In this document: positions 42,321 through 56,500 of the stretch, one piece after another
Layout of the letters: every line of letters starts with the position of its first letter
Numbering within the stretch: the first letter of the stretch is position 1
From: Eledone cirrhosa
Taxonomy: Eukaryota
Direction of reading: 5' to 3'
Assembly (NCBI GenBank): GCA_964016885.1
Contig: OZ024741.1
Span: 302,002,001-302,066,000, forward strand
DNA length: 64,000 bases
Notes under the pieces: model-generated
What the model saw: the letters and a program-made list of their open reading frames with translations, nothing else
Told to the model about the DNA's origin: nothing
Database searches by the model: none
Position numbers and translations under genes: made by a program

Positions 42321-42500
42321 GAATTGGCAGTATCGGTAGAGGGTCGGACGCCATGCTTTCCAGCATAGTTACGTCCCTTTACGATCTGAGTTCAAATCCC
42401 GCCGAGGTTGACTTTGCCTTTCATCCTTACGAGGTCGATAAAATAAAGTACCAGTAATGCACTGGGTAATTGCTGGCCTTGTGCCTAAAGTAGAAACAGT
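42321..42500 (+). mobile_element. SINE copy with 14-bp TSD inside a PLE ORF
   Basis: GTTATTATTACTGT at 42307-42320 and 42499-42512. Confidence 0.92.
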
Positions 42501-42901
42501 TATTATTACTGTTGTCCGTATAGCTGTTGTTTATTTTCGCATTCCAACGTATTTTTGTGAAACTTTTCCAGCTCCGTTTTTACACTCAATTGGATTTATC
42601 TTTTTGTATATAGCAAATCTTGGTGGGAGTTGTAAAACCTGTTGTTCCTGTTCACTGATTAAAGTGTTCCCATAAATATTTAGTGTACGGTCTTTGGTAA
42701 ACTCTGCCGGTAATGCTATGTCTGTCATACGGATATTGTTGATCTTATCTGGGTATTTTTGTAAATGTTCTATTCTCCTTTCTTCTTGTTTTTTCTTCTT
42801 CATCCATCTTAATTTCTTCTTGAAATGTTTGTTGCATTCGTGAGTTTATTTACCTAATGATGTTCGTGAGTTTATTTACCTCGTTTGGTGTGGTGAGAAT
42901 T

Positions 42902-42963
<62 letters not shown>

Positions 42964-43081
42964 TATATATATGTACATACATATATATGCATATATATGC
43001 ATATATATATATGTACATATATATGCATATATATATATATACATACATATATATGCATATATATACATATATATATATATA

Positions 43082-43698
43082 GTAGCTAAACTACCCGTCC
43101 TTTGGACGGTTCAAGTAGCTTTCGATGTAGCTCATTAAACTAAACAAAGTAAATTTGAATACATAGAAGTAAAACGTATTTTATATAAACATGAAAACCT
43201 TAGACACTATTCCAGCGAAATAATTTTAGATAAATTTAAACATAATATTGTAAAAGTTATGACATCATTTAATGTATGAACATCAAGCTTGAAACGATAA
43301 ATTATACAATGTCAAATCTATAACTTAACTTAGTAATCTGTTAGAAATTGCTGGTTGTGAAATATACAAAATGATATTGTTAGTCTCTTTCTTTCAAGTA
43401 CGAAGAGTAAATTAAAATCCGAATGAGCCGAATTACGAAAGATAACTCTTGATTACGAAAGATAACTCTTGTCTTACTTAATCACAAAAATTCACACAAA
43501 TAAGCGAAACTTTTTTTAGGTCTCCAAAGGCCCTAATATCGATTTTTGAAAGCCTTTGTAGATCATGTATAGGTTTTATGTAAGGAGAAGCTCTGTAAAA
43601 ACTTTCAAAGAAATCGCATGAATGATTTAGAATATATGAGCCCTCATTAAAAATTGTCCACGTACATACAGAAAACTACAGATTTATATATATACAGA
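43082..43698 (-). mobile_element. Non-autonomous Helitron-like element
   Basis: Minus strand starts A|TC and ends with hairpin CCGTCC-AAA-GGACGG about 13 nt before CTAC|T (one mismatch from CTAG). Confidence 0.6.
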
Positions 43699-43719
43699 TA
43701 TATACATACATACATATAC

Positions 43720-43783
<64 letters not shown>

Positions 43784-44023
43784 ATACATATATAGATATA
43801 CATATACATATGTATATATACATATACATATATATATATACATATATATACACACATATATATATACGTACACACACATATATATATATATATACATACA
43901 CATACGTGTGGGTTATATCGAACATTAATAATAATGTTCGATTCGTTTGTAAACAAACGGACGATTTGAAGGTATGCCGGTGACCGATCATCACCTGTTT
44001 GATCAACACTGTCTTTGAGGAAC

Positions 44024-44062
44024 AATCAACATGTTTCTGGATCATTACCTTTCATCAGGACT
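44024..44062 (-). ncRNA. Minimal hammerhead ribozyme (weak stem II)
   Basis: AGTC-CTGATGA-AAGG.taatgat.CCA-GAAA-CATG-TT-GATT. Confidence 0.6.
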
Positions 44063-44262
44063 CTATACCTCTGCCAATGTGTTGAACGGCTGAAAATATA
44101 TAGTATTTTCTTAAGCATACATCGGCTGAGTTGCCTCACTTGCATACCGAGTGAGTTACGTCTGGCGTTGCCGAATATTAAAAATAAAATTAGAATTTTA
44201 TTCCTCGCCCTAATACAGCTGATATATAAATGTAAATATGCATACGTACACACGCACACACT

Positions 44263-44291
<29 letters not shown>

Positions 44292-44293
<2 letters not shown>

Positions 44294-44480
44294 CATCATC
44301 ATCATCACTCGTTGACTACTGTCGAGATGATGGATCTCACTCTCATGCCCCAGAATCCCCTGTCCCCCATCGCTGCCCCCAGGTCCTGTCTGCTGATTCC
44401 CGTATCCCTAGAGATAACGTCAGGGAATGACAGCTTCCTACTCCTAGTCAGGCTGGAGTCAGGGTTCCAGAGCAAGAGAG
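44292..44480 (-). mobile_element. RTE-like LINE 3' end with (GAT)n tail
   Basis: Manual translation LLLWNP...SFPDVISRDTGISRQDLGAAMGDRGFW..RV...*, then GATGATGAT. Confidence 0.65.
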
Positions 44481-44553
44481 CGGATATATATATATGTAGA
44501 AGCCATTTCTATATTAAATTATATATATATATATATAATTTAATATAGAAATG

Positions 44554-44602
44554 GCTTCTACAGGACTAGAACTGTTTCATTCGGAGGAAATCATCAGAAA
44601 GC
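44554..44602 (-). ncRNA. Type I hammerhead ribozyme bracketed by short fold-backs
   Basis: GCTTT-CTGATGA-TTTC-ctcc-GAAT-GAAA-CAG-ttctagtc-CTG-TA-GAAGC. Confidence 0.75.
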
Positions 44603-44664
44603 TTTCTGATGATTTCTGATGATTTCTGATGATTTCTGAATCTTGCTAAACAAATTCAGAAACG

Positions 44665-44770
<106 letters not shown>

Positions 44771-44774
44771 AAAA

Positions 44775-47020
44775 GAAACCAAAGAACGCTCACATACTTA
44801 AACAGTTTTTATTTGCTTACAATGTTTCATCCATACCCTTGATAAACACAGTGCTGAGTATAAGCTCTACCAAGCTTAGTCTCACGAACAATCGGAATAC
44901 AATAGAGGGCAAAGATGGGGAGATCGGAGATGGCGAATAAGGAGAGAGTACATGCTGGGGTCGTTAAGCACTACAGCTAAATGCTAGGGTACAAGCAGAT
45001 CTCACAAGATGCAGATACAATTGATGGCACACAAAATCAAAAAATACAAACAATGTTTAAAACATAATAAAGAAGTAAAAGGAAGATAATATAAAGAGAT
45101 AAAAAGTGAATAAAAAGGTAAAAGATTTTTTTTTTATTTTTAAAAAGAAGTGAAAAAAGAAAGAAGAACAAAGAAAAAAGAAAAAAGAGAGAGTTTTAAG
45201 CACATAAAAAAGCCAGAGGAATTTAAGCGCTGGTTCCTATATAAGTGAATAGGGTCTCAGTAACTTATAGTTATATAAGCACTAATATGTTCTTAAGGTA
45301 CATCCAGAAAGACCACAGTAACTAAAATCCTCTCCATGGTATACATATACAAGGTATACTGGTAGGTACCTGAATTACGTAACCCCAGGGTGCTCCACAA
45401 GCACATAGACAGGCAACACATAAATCCAAGCTATACATAAGCGAAGTGGGTTATTACAGGATAGAGCAGAGTATAACAAGTATATAGACAGGCACCACAA
45501 ATAAAGCAAGCTATACACAAGCAGAGCAGGGTTACTATAAGATAGAGCTGCAGAAATAGCCCCACGATATTATTTCAGTTACTGTAAAACCAACTGGCAA
45601 AGAGTTACCACACATGTATATTAACCGTATAGGCTAGACCAATCGGCCAAATATGTCCCGATTGTCTAGGGGTTATATAGAAATAGGATTGTCATTAGAA
45701 AACCAATCAGTCTAAATTATACATATATGTAGATCGTTCAAAAGTAAAAATAGTTGGATTTATACTATCACTCAAACATAGCATCTCATTACATTACATT
45801 ACTGGTACTTTATTTTATCGACCCCGTAAGGATGAAAGGCAAAGTTAACCTCGACGGGATTTGAACTCAGACCGTAATGGGACATAACTATACTGGAAAG
45901 CATAGTGTCCGACCCTCTACCGATACTGCCAATTCACCGGAACTACTTCAATTTGTCATCTATAGGGCTATTTAATTCGGACTGCAAACAAAATAAAAAT
46001 AACTAGAAAAAATAATATTTAATCACCAACAGAACCTCATACTAATTCGACAAATTCGTACTAATAAAAGCTCTGTTGCTATCAAATATTAATGGACCTG
46101 GAGCATTGTCGAGAGTATCACACTAAAGACTACTAAAAATCGGTTACTATATGAAAAGTCGAAATGTCCGACGGTAGCATTACCTCTACCAATAGGGGAG
46201 TGTTGTAACAGGAGTAAAGATTTAAACTCTACGGTAAAGCGAACTCACAAATTCCTAATGTGCAAGCCCGGTGTTCTCAATCCATGTATGACCTGTATGT
46301 ATTACCAAGGGTGGGGAGTGGGCAGTGTACGCAATTTCCGCATTAGGGAGGGTCCAACTATTAACTATATACGCCCAAATGGGTCTGAGGGACTAAGTCT
46401 AATGGGCGAGTCGTGGAATTACCTTCCTCGTAATAGTAATAAGTTGTTATGAATGATCCAATATCATTCGTCAACAATATTAAGGACGTTTCGCTAACTA
46501 TCTAAAATCATATTAATACTATAAGAATTGTACAAATAAAGACGATAAAGTTAATTATTATTAATAGTCCTCCAGGATTGTCAGGTACGTCATACGACAG
46601 ACCATTAAAACCCGGTTACCTAGTGATATGTCAATAAGCCCAATAACTTCACTATTTCTATTGTGGGGGATTGTTCATACGGGTTGGGTTTAATCAGAAA
46701 GTAAAAATTCATAATAGATGGAGTTACAATAATCCCAATGCGCAAGTATTGTGTCCACAACCCGTGCCCGAACGGCCCGCAATACCAGGTGTGGGGAGTG
46801 GGCAGTGCACGCATGTTCCAAAGCAGGGAGGGTCAAACAATTGAACTAGAAATGCCCAAAATGGTTATTTTGACTATTCCAGGTGGGGCAAGTAGCTCAA
46901 TTGCCTACTTCACAATAGCGAAAGGTTGTCAAAACGATATAGTACTATTCCCATCAGGGGGGGGGGGGGACAGTACCTATTACGTTATGGTAACTAACAA
47001 GGACTAAGTCCTCAATGAAA

Positions 47021-47055
<35 letters not shown>

Positions 47056-50000
47056 GAATAAATGAATAAACAAATAAATAAATAAGTAAGAATACTATGC
47101 CATAATTGGAGTAATTTATCCGCCCACTCACACCAATAACCCTCGAGTTGGGGGCCGATGGTTTGTGCTAATACTCAACCATGGCGGCCGGTGGCTGAAT
47201 GGAAGCCACTGGGTGAAGGACACATGGTGGTCACCCTAGGGAATATAACCATTCGCACCGTGTGCCGCATACTGGATACCTATCGAAAACAGGCGACCAG
47301 CAAAAGCAAAGGAACGGAAGTCTCCACTGTTATACAAACTCATATACCAAGGGGATCCACAAGGGGGGGGGGGGGGAGTTGGTTAAGGAACTAGAAATAA
47401 TGAGGCGGAAAGTTAATAGAATGTTGCAGTGGTACTGTATAGGGAGGAGTCGTTCTTCAGCAGATCTAAGTAATAGGCTTAAAGTGGTGAAAGGATTAAG
47501 GTTAATGTGTATACAAGAAGAGAATATCTCCGATTTCCTATTGAGCAAGTTACATTTAGAGTATATTATGGCGAGAGACTCTAGAAGGCACAGGTTACAA
47601 GTTTTTCTCGGTGGCGGTATGGCGTATATTTAGTCACCAACTTCCAATTGAGTGTATAATCTATACTATCATTTTTTTTTAAATGAATATATTTAGCTAG
47701 GGAGGTGGCATTCTTAAGCCTATTATATCTAAATGTATAATTGAGGGAGTTGTATCTAGTTTTGAATAATATAGAAGTAGAGCCCACGTATGTTTTGGTG
47801 GAGGTTGCTGTTACAACATCACATGCATAAACTATGTTTTTCATGAGGCAATTTCCTTTTAAAGGGCAATTTTCACTCCGTCTACAATTACAATTTCGGT
47901 GTGTGTGGTGTTGTTCGTGCCTTTGGATGGCCGGTTGTTAAAACCCTCCTGGCATGGAATGTGTTCTTCCGAGGTGTTATTAGCAACCTCAGGTACCTCA
48001 TTAGCCAATGTGTTAGGTTGTTAGTGGTTATTTACAGATTTGATATCCTCGAATCCTACTCTAATTTTCCTATTTTAAGTACGCGCTAGGTGATAAGCCA
48101 GGTTTGGGGTAGTGGAGTACGATAATTTAATCGTATTTTTATTAAATATACTATGGTATCTACTGCCAGGCGGGAAATTCTTTTCTAGGATTAAGAAGAC
48201 GGTTTGGGGAATGTTAGTTAAGACTTCAGAGTTGTATGGTGGGTTAAAGAACGTGTTTATTCTTCTTCTATTTTTTCTATTTTTCCCCACTACAGTCCGA
48301 TTGATATTAGAACTACCAATCCCCCCACCGTCCACAAAACCAGTGTCACTATATACCTGCTGTGAAACTCGCATTATTTTGGTCAACACGCCCTCTGAGA
48401 TCACCACCATGCGAATAGACTCTAGATCTCAACCCACCGCTATTATTGTAACCAGTAGGAGTATGTGGAGGATGTACATCAGGACCAGTCAGTCTGGGCC
48501 GGGCTGGATTAATCACCGTATGGGTCTTATCCAAAGTCCTATTACTATTACTATTATTATTCAAAGACATATTGTGCGTGATAATACTATTATGTCCAGC
48601 ATGGGTAGATTGGGAGCTAGTAAAATAGTTTATTCCTATATCCAGACTTAGCCAGTGCTCCGTTATAATAATCCACATTAGAGTTGAATATGCCCTCATT
48701 ACAAGATAAACGGCTAATTCAATTAGATACTCCTTTAATAATAGCATTCAGTACTGATTTAGGATGGTTGGAATTAGCATTCACATATGTTAGTCTCTCA
48801 TCAGGTTTATGATAAGGTGTGAAAATCTTATTTTCTAGGTCAAGTGTTACATCTAAGAAGTTCACTGTTCTATTATTCTTATCTATAGTTATACTAAGGT
48901 TAAAACCTTTAAAAAATGTTCGCAGGTCCTTCCTTGTCCTATCAAGTTTATATTTCTTATGCTCAAAGGTAAGGAGGGCGTCGTCCCGGTATAAACCACC
49001 GCAAAGATATGGAAATGCCTTATGCAGCTCATGGAGTAGGTAAAGTCCGACTAAGACAGTTACCTGGGAAGAGTCACCAGATCCCATTGTGATATCAAAG
49101 TTGTTAGTTGTGTTTTTCCGTCTCCATAATTGTTCCTCAAATAGGATTGAAGTTTTACGTGCGGCTAAAACGATATCAACTTGGGATCTGGTTAGATTAC
49201 TATTCTGCATGGCCATGATGAGGGCCTTATTCAAAAGGATGGGAGATATAGATGTGTAATATGAATCAATATCAAACTGGACAAACATAAGGGATTTATG
49301 GTTACTAATGCTGGAGAACCATTCAATCACTTCCTCCGTATTCCCCCACAGGTTAAGGTAAATTTTATTTCTAATTACCGGAATGGCTCTGTCCCAAATC
49401 TTCTTACTTATGATCCCTATGTCCGACTTAGATGGGCTAATCAATCTAACAGAGGGGTTGCTAATAAAGTCTTCCTTGTGATCTTTTAGTGTAAACCTAG
49501 GTTGTTTAGGGGTGAAAGGTTGGGTATATTTCTCTAGTTTTAATTTTCTAACAATATCGAGCCCCTCTTTATTTATTTCATCCAAGTTAGTGTAGGTTGT
49601 CTTTTTATAGTTCTTATTGAGTTCATTATAAATGAATCTGCGATACGTTATATAATCTAGGCTATAAATATATTTTGTTTTATCTGATGGGACTAGGATA
49701 GAGTCATTATCGCCATTATTGAGGTTTCTACGGAATTTATTAGTATCGACATGATTTTTTCCTATATTTAACATCCCTTAATATAATTTAAAAAATCGTT
49801 CTCAAAATCATCTAACAAACTGTTATGTGATGGATTCTTGTAAGTCCTAAAGCCGTATCTATCTTCACGGGTCACCAGCCGGTTGTCGTCTCGGTTCCTA
49901 TCAAAGTGGAAGGCTCTCCACCAAATTCGTTTAACAAAAGAGTTAACACTAGCAATGAGCAGCCTCTCATATGTATTCCTAGATGGGATGTGTATATTCT

Positions 50001-50312
50001 TAAGTAGACACAATACTTGCGCATTGGGATTATTGTAACTCCATCTATTATGAATTTTTACTTTCTGATTAAACCCAAACCGTATGAACAATCCCCCACA
50101 ATAGAAATAGTGAAGTTATTGGGCTTATTGACATATCACTAGGTAACCGGGTTTTAATGGTCTATCGTATGACGTACCTGACAATCCTGGAGGACTATTA
50201 ATAATAATTAACTTTATCGTCTTTATTTGTACAATTCTTATTAATATGATTTTAGATAGTTAGCGAAACGTCCTTAATATTGTTGACGAATGATATTGGA
50301 TCATTCATAACA
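44775..50312 (-). mobile_element. Penelope-like element with YRDD-type RT, C-terminal GIY-YIG, long 3' region and an inverted terminal copy
   Basis: TLKDHK, RLISP, QFDI..YY.SI, ITMGS, LYRDD, VNFLDV, CNC....CPLKGNC, NIVY..YVGST; 50007-50312 is the inverted copy of 46445-46755. The left boundary is uncertain. Confidence 0.85.
45800..45939 (-). mobile_element. SINE copy lacking its 3' tail
   Basis: Reverse complement of the family sequence. Confidence 0.85.
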
Positions 50313-50329
50313 TATATATATATATATAT

Positions 50330-50530
50330 TGTTATGTTTTGGGAGGGTCATGTTGCCAATAAGAAACACACGCACCAGTTGCTTTCACTCCAATTTATTA
50401 TAAATTAAATTTATAAATTTAAGAATTTATAAATTTCCGGTTGGTTGGTTGGTTCCACAACCGGACGGTTGTTCATATATTGTCAAAGTTCTTTCGTCAC
50501 ACATTCTGTGACCACTTCAGTGACTGGGGA
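50330..50530 (-). mobile_element. Terminal-repeat fragment of a PLE related to 38846-39080, with a hammerhead-like motif at 50482-50524
   Basis: Shared GGGAGGGTCAT start; GTCA-CTGAAGT-G-GTCACA..TGTGAC-GAAA-GAAC-TT-TGAC. Confidence 0.6.
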
Positions 50531-50539
50531 TTCTTTTCA

Positions 50540-53519
50540 AACTAAACATTACTGATTTAAATCATCTCTATTATGCATCGGCTAAAGTCACCACTCACTT
50601 ATGTGGAGTGAAAATGACAAAACAAAGGAATTCCTACAAGAAATCTACTTGGCAAGAGAACATCAATCGCCAAATAAACCTTCTCCGATCTGACATAGAA
50701 ATTTTAACAAACTACAAAGTAGGTGAACATGTTAAACAAACTAAACTTAGAAAATTGAAAAGAAAATACAGTATAAAATCAACAAGTGACATAGACATGC
50801 TGATAGAAATAATCAAGCAAAAAGTGTCGGCCAAAGCTGCTCGTATAAGGCGCTTCGAAAAGCGATCTAGATTCTATAAGGGCAATAATATGTTCAAAAA
50901 CAACCAAAGAATCTTCTACAGAAAAATTGGCAACTCAACAATAACTGCTAAATCAATACCACCCAAGGAGGAAGTGCAAGAATTCTGGGAAAAGATCTGG
51001 GCCAAAGAAAAAGTTCATAATATACATGCCCCATGGATAGACAGACAAATGAAAGATACAGCTCACCTTGAGGAACAAATATGGGAAAATATAACAGTTG
51101 AACAGTTGCATTTGGCTCTTAGAAAAACCAGCAAATGGAAATCCCCAGGAAAAACAAAATACCAAATTTTTGGATAAATGCCTTCACAGAGTCTCATGAG
51201 CTGTTAGCCCAACTTTACAATGAAATAGTTAAGGAGCCAGAAAAGATACCATCATGGCTAGTTAACGGCATTACATTCCTGCTTCCGAAGAATGATGAGA
51301 CAAACAATCCCAAAAATTACACACCGATAACTTGCTTGACCACAATGTATAAAATTTTAACATCAGTCCTAACTGAATATACATATGACCACCTGATAAC
51401 AAATGACCTATTTCCCAATGAGCAGAAAGGGTGTAAACGTGGCTCATATGGCTGTAAGGATCAGCTTTTGGTTAACAAAATGATACTGGAAGATTGTCAT
51501 AATAGACACAAAAATCTATCAATTGCTTGGATAGATTATAAAAAAAGTATTCGATAGTTTGCCACACAGTTGGATTGAAAAATGTTTAGAGATTTGCAAC
51601 ATATCTCCCGTTGTCAGCAGGTTCTTGTCATTCAGTATGAAGACATGGAAAACGACACTCCTTTTGAATAGTGAAAAGGAATCACTGGAAGCTGGAGAAG
51701 TTAATATTAATTGTGGAATTTTTCAGGGTGACTCTTTATCACCGCTTTTATTCTGCATCGCACTTATACCATTAAGTAAAATGCTCAATGAAACAAAACA
51801 TGGATATAAAGTCTATGATAAAACCATTAATCACTTGTTCTACATGGATGACCTGAAACTATTTGCAAAAAATGATGAACAATTGCAAGGGTTATTATCC
51901 ACTGTGGAGCAGTTCAGTGATGACATTAAAATGGAGTTTGGACTACATAAATGCGCCAAAGCAACGTTCACCAGAGGAAAGCTGCTGAAAAGTTCAGACA
52001 TTAATCTTGATCGGGGGAACGTGATAAGAGAACTTGATCAAGAGGAAACTTACAAATATCTAGGTATTTGTGAAGGAGACGGAATCAAGCACTCGACAAT
52101 GAGGGAAAGGATAAGGAAGGAATGTTACCGCAGAGTAAGAGCAATATTAAGAACGGAAATGAATGCAAGGAATAGGATTGATGCCATAAACACGCTTGCC
52201 ATACCAGTAGTAACCTACAGTTACAATGTCATCAACTGGTCAAGCACAGAGATCCGTAGGCTCGATACAAAAATTCGAAAATTCTTAACCATGCACAGAA
52301 TGCATCACCCTAAGGTAGATATAGATAGAATATATCTCCCTAGGAAAGAAGGAGGACGTGGGTTAATCCAGTTAGACATTGCGTTGAAAACTGCAACAAT
52401 TGGATTATCTACATATCTAAGGGAATCACATGATTGGATGATCAAACTCGTTTTGAAACACGAAAGCATCAAAAGATCATATTCCATTACAAAAGATGCA
52501 CAAAGATACAGTAATGGACTACAAATTTCAGAAGTCCCATTTACTGCTGAAATGGAAAACACAGAAAAAGCAAAGCAGGTAAAAGTAACTGCAAAGAAAG
52601 AACTGCTACAGAAACTGGCTAAGAAATGGCAAGAAAAGCCTCTGTATGGAAAATACCCAGAGCGAGCTAACAATCCTGATGTTGACAAAACTTTAACCCA
52701 TCAGTGGTTGGCATCCTCTGGACTGAAATCGGAGACTGAAGGACTGATTATATCGGCACAAGATCAGTGTCTGCCAACAAAAAATTACCAAGCCAACATA
52801 ATAAAAAATGGATGCAACCCATTATGCCGTGTATGTAAAAAACAACCAGAGACCATTGATCATATAATTTCAATGTGCAGTCCTATAGCTCCAACCGAAT
52901 ACCTAAACAGGCATGACAGAGCTGCACAATACATACATTGGATAATGTGTAAGCATTTTGACCTGCCCCATCAAAAGAATTGGTGGGAGCATCAACCACC
53001 TCCCATACTTGAAAAAGATCACATCTCAATCTTGTGGAACTTTAGCATCCAAACAGACCGAAAAATAGATGCAAATAGACCTGATATAATACTGAATGTC
53101 TTTAAAAAGAGGGTATGCCTGCTAATTGATATGTCCGTTCCAATAGACAAGAATGTATCTATAAAAACATTTGAAAAATTGAGCAAGTATAAGGACCTGG
53201 AGATAGAAATTGGAAAAATGTGGAAATTGAGAACTAAAACAATACCAGTGGTTGTAGGTGCTCTAGGAATGATACCTAAGGGGTCTAATGATTACTTATC
53301 GCAAATCCCAGGAAACCCGCGTATAGGAGAAATACAAAAGATAATACTAATGGGAACTGCCGATATACTAAGGAAGATTCTGTCAATATAAGTACATCAC
53401 AAGTCTAAACACCTAAAGATGCATGTGTATGTATGTTCTTTCTTGAACATGGTGGACCTTGTTGTCTCCTGAGGTCACTGGTTGTGACTTGGTGATAACT
53501 CGTATGAACAGAAAGCAAT

Positions 53520-53573
<54 letters not shown>
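50540..53573 (+). mobile_element. 5'-truncated R4/Dong-type RLE LINE with (AAT)n tail
   Basis: WKSPG, EQKGC, WIDYKK, GIFQGDSLS, YMDDLKL, EGGRGL, CRVC..ETIDHI.S.C, RHD, NRPDI, K..KY; only two frameshifts. Confidence 0.93.
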
Positions 53574-53574
<1 letters not shown>

Positions 53575-56500
53575 CTTTCTTTATTAACCACAAGGGTTTA
53601 CATAAAGTAGACATTAAGGACAGTACAGGACACTACAGGACGGTACAAATGGGCATTTCTGCGTGTAAAAAAAAACAAAAACAGAGGATGTAACAAAAAA
53701 AGAAACAATGAAAAATTCCCCAATAGGGGGGAGACTTGTGAGGGACATTCGTGGAGAAAGCCCATTAAAGAAAGCCACGGTGACACTGATCACCAGGGCA
53801 AGTGCCCTCTCCCAGTTTTCCACCTTCAATTTACAGGCACATACTCAGAGTAGACCCATTCACACGGGCCATACTTGCTTCTCTCACACATCTTTCAACA
53901 AAATGCTGGGAAGAGAGCACTTCCCTCTCTACCCTGATTTTCCTTTTTAAATGAAATTTGAAAAAGTTAATCAGGGCATCACCGAAGAGGTAAGTGCTCG
54001 TCTTCAGCCCTTTCAAACGCGTCCACCATACTATCTCTTTCGCCATGGCCACCAGACATAAAAATTGCCTGCCCTTCCTGGCTAAAGGAGGAGGGCGGGA
54101 CGATCCTCACGGTGGACTCAGCTGATAGCCGGGTAGTTGATTTTCGTCGACGCCTAGAGTTTCCCCAAGTACGTCGTCGCTCTTCCCCTCCACTAATCCT
54201 CTATATAACGCCAAGGTGGAGTTTCCACTAATCACATTGCCCGATTGGTCGAGGGCTGTGAGCGCCTGAAGACATTCCAGTCTCCAAGCGCTCCCTCTCG
54301 GTCTTCGCTTGACCCAGGACTACAGCTCCGTCAAGGAGACAAGCTGGGGAAAGACGCGTCTATCAAACGGCGACCACATCTGATCACCGTCGAGGAAGAG
54401 GTGGAGATGTCGTAGCGTGAGCGCGTGTCTGCGCATCATCAGCCACGGGATGCCCAGCCCTCCACGTAGCGGGTGTTGACAGCAGATAGACCGCCTGACC
54501 ATCAGAGTGCGTCCCTTCCACAAAAAGCGAAAGAGCAAACGCTCCAGCGCAGGCAGGCGAGGCTTAGGACAAGGCACGACGGTCAGGCGGTAGTAGATGA
54601 CGGACGCGATGTACGCATTCGCCACCTCCGCTCGACCTTTCAGGGATAGCTTCCTCTCTGCCCATTTCTGGGTGAGAGAAGTCACTCTGCTCGACACCTC
54701 GTCCCAGTTTTTGTCCGTCTGGAGGTCCGGACCGCCGTAGCAATTTAACCTGTCCGTCCGTCAGCGCCCCACGACGCTGTTGGACGGCATGGACCTGCCT
54801 CTCCAGGTACCGAGCTGCAGGCCCACCGACTTTTCCTGGTTGATCATTGCTCCTGTCACCGCTTCGTATGCTCTTAGTGTAGTGCCGATCGCTTCGATGT
54901 GTTTGGCGCGGGAACCCCTCAACATCTCCAGTTTGTGCAGTAGTGGCTCGAGAGTCAATACGTACAAGAGGGACGAGAGGGGACATCCATGGCGGACCGA
55001 GCGCATGATGTTGAACGGTTCCGAAAGATGACCGTTGACTCTCACCACAGAGCAGATGTCGCTGTGCATGGCAGCCTCAGGACTGCCGCCAGATAACGAT
55101 GGTCGACCTTATCGAAAGCTTTCTAAATTGATCAGGGACCCACCCGTGCCAGGTTCCCTAGCTACCCTCTCCAAGATGTATCGCATAAGGTGGAGGTTGT
55201 CGTGGATAGATATGTCGGGAATGGCGCACGTCTGCGCCTCTCCCACCAGACCACCAACGACAAGCGCCAACCCCTTTGCTAGTACCTTGGCCAAAATCTT
55301 GAACTCTGTGTTTAGCAGAGTTATGGGCCTGAAATTATCTATGTTATCCCCCTTGTTCGGATCCTTTCTCAGCAGCACCACCACTCCTCGGCTCACAGAG
55401 CTGGGAATTCTCCCGTTCTGTTGCCAGTTGCAGCAGACGTCCTCCAAGAAGCCTCCGAACAAGTCTGGCATCTGTACGTAAAGTTCATAGGGCAGACCAT
55501 CCAAACCAGGCGATTTACCCCTTGTGCAGCCAGTCATTGCCTCCCGTACTTCAGCGGCTGATATCGGCTTTTCGCAACACTCCGCCTCAGTGGGCGAGAG
55601 CTGCAGCAGTCCGTCAAGTTAGGCACTAAAGTCCATCCCCCGATCCGGTGCGCCGCTGCCCCAGAACAGCTGAGCGAAGTGTCGCTGAAAAGCTTCACAC
55701 ATTTGCCCGGGATCGAGTAGCATATGCCCGTTGTGGTCCACCAAAGACAGGATTGTGGCTTTCTTGTCAGACAGTTGAAACCGTCTGAGCAGGTTTGCGA
55801 GGCTTTACACCTTCCTCCCCTATCCGCTAATCCCACACAGTCCCAGCGTGCATCTAAGATCCCGTTCCAGTCGCCCACTAACACTAAAGAGCGGGACGTT
55901 CCAAGAAAGGTCTCCAGACACCGGAAGAAATCAGGCCGCCCTGCTCCTGTCGGGGCATAGACGGCCACTAGCCTGAAAGCTTGCCCGTCTCCGCTGGTCA
56001 CGTCCAGCACCACCAACTTACCTTCTGGGTCCAGAAAGATGGCCCGTATGGCGAGATCCAAACCTCTCCGAAAAAGCACAGCAACTCCTCTCCCCCCCCC
56101 CTCCTCCCCGATCCAGGACGGCTGGGCGATGCGTACACATTGTAGCCGCCGAAGATTGGTGCGAAGGCTCGTGCTTCGGAGATTCTGGTCGGGCTGATGG
56201 CCACCACATCTATGTTTAGTGACCTGAGGTCGTTGAGCAGGTGGCCCTGTTTCTATGACGACCCCAAACCACGCGCATTTATGCTGCCTATTCTGAGTGA
56301 GGTCATGTTAAAAAGGAGTGGAAAAAGATGGGAAAGACCACTTACCTCACTTCTCGTAGAGGAAGGATGGTTTCTCCGTCCTTCTCACTGCTTGTGGCCT
56401 ATTCCGGAAGGATGTCCTTATAAATCCTCCTGGAGAGTGTTTGTCGGAAGTCTCCGATGTCCTTGGGAAATTTTTGTTTTAGTGTCGTGTATGTTTTCTG

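Larger units (their letters stand above)
38846..42900 (-). mobile_element. Penelope-like element (RT plus C-terminal GIY-YIG), frameshifted, with Asn-rich linker and a SINE insertion
   Basis: DKSG, YGLRKDHK, RPVC, SMDVVSLYPSI, GAAIG, YSRYVDD, LPVLD, NVVY..YIGET.R; flanked by (TA)n. Confidence 0.9.

Noticed and set aside
40804-42366. 520-aa ORF as a host Asn-rich gene
   Set aside because: Its start lies in an antisense SINE and the rest is PLE linker and RT.
44812-46500. GAAAC-ATT-GTA (44820) and GAAAC-GTC (46490, mirrored at 50265) as hammerheads
   Set aside because: Only 3' halves found; no matching CTGANGA half could be located.
54120-55770. Deletions in Tx1 copy 2 as spliced-out introns
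   Set aside because: The junctions I checked against copy 1 show 2-3 bp microhomology rather than consistent GT..AG boundaries.
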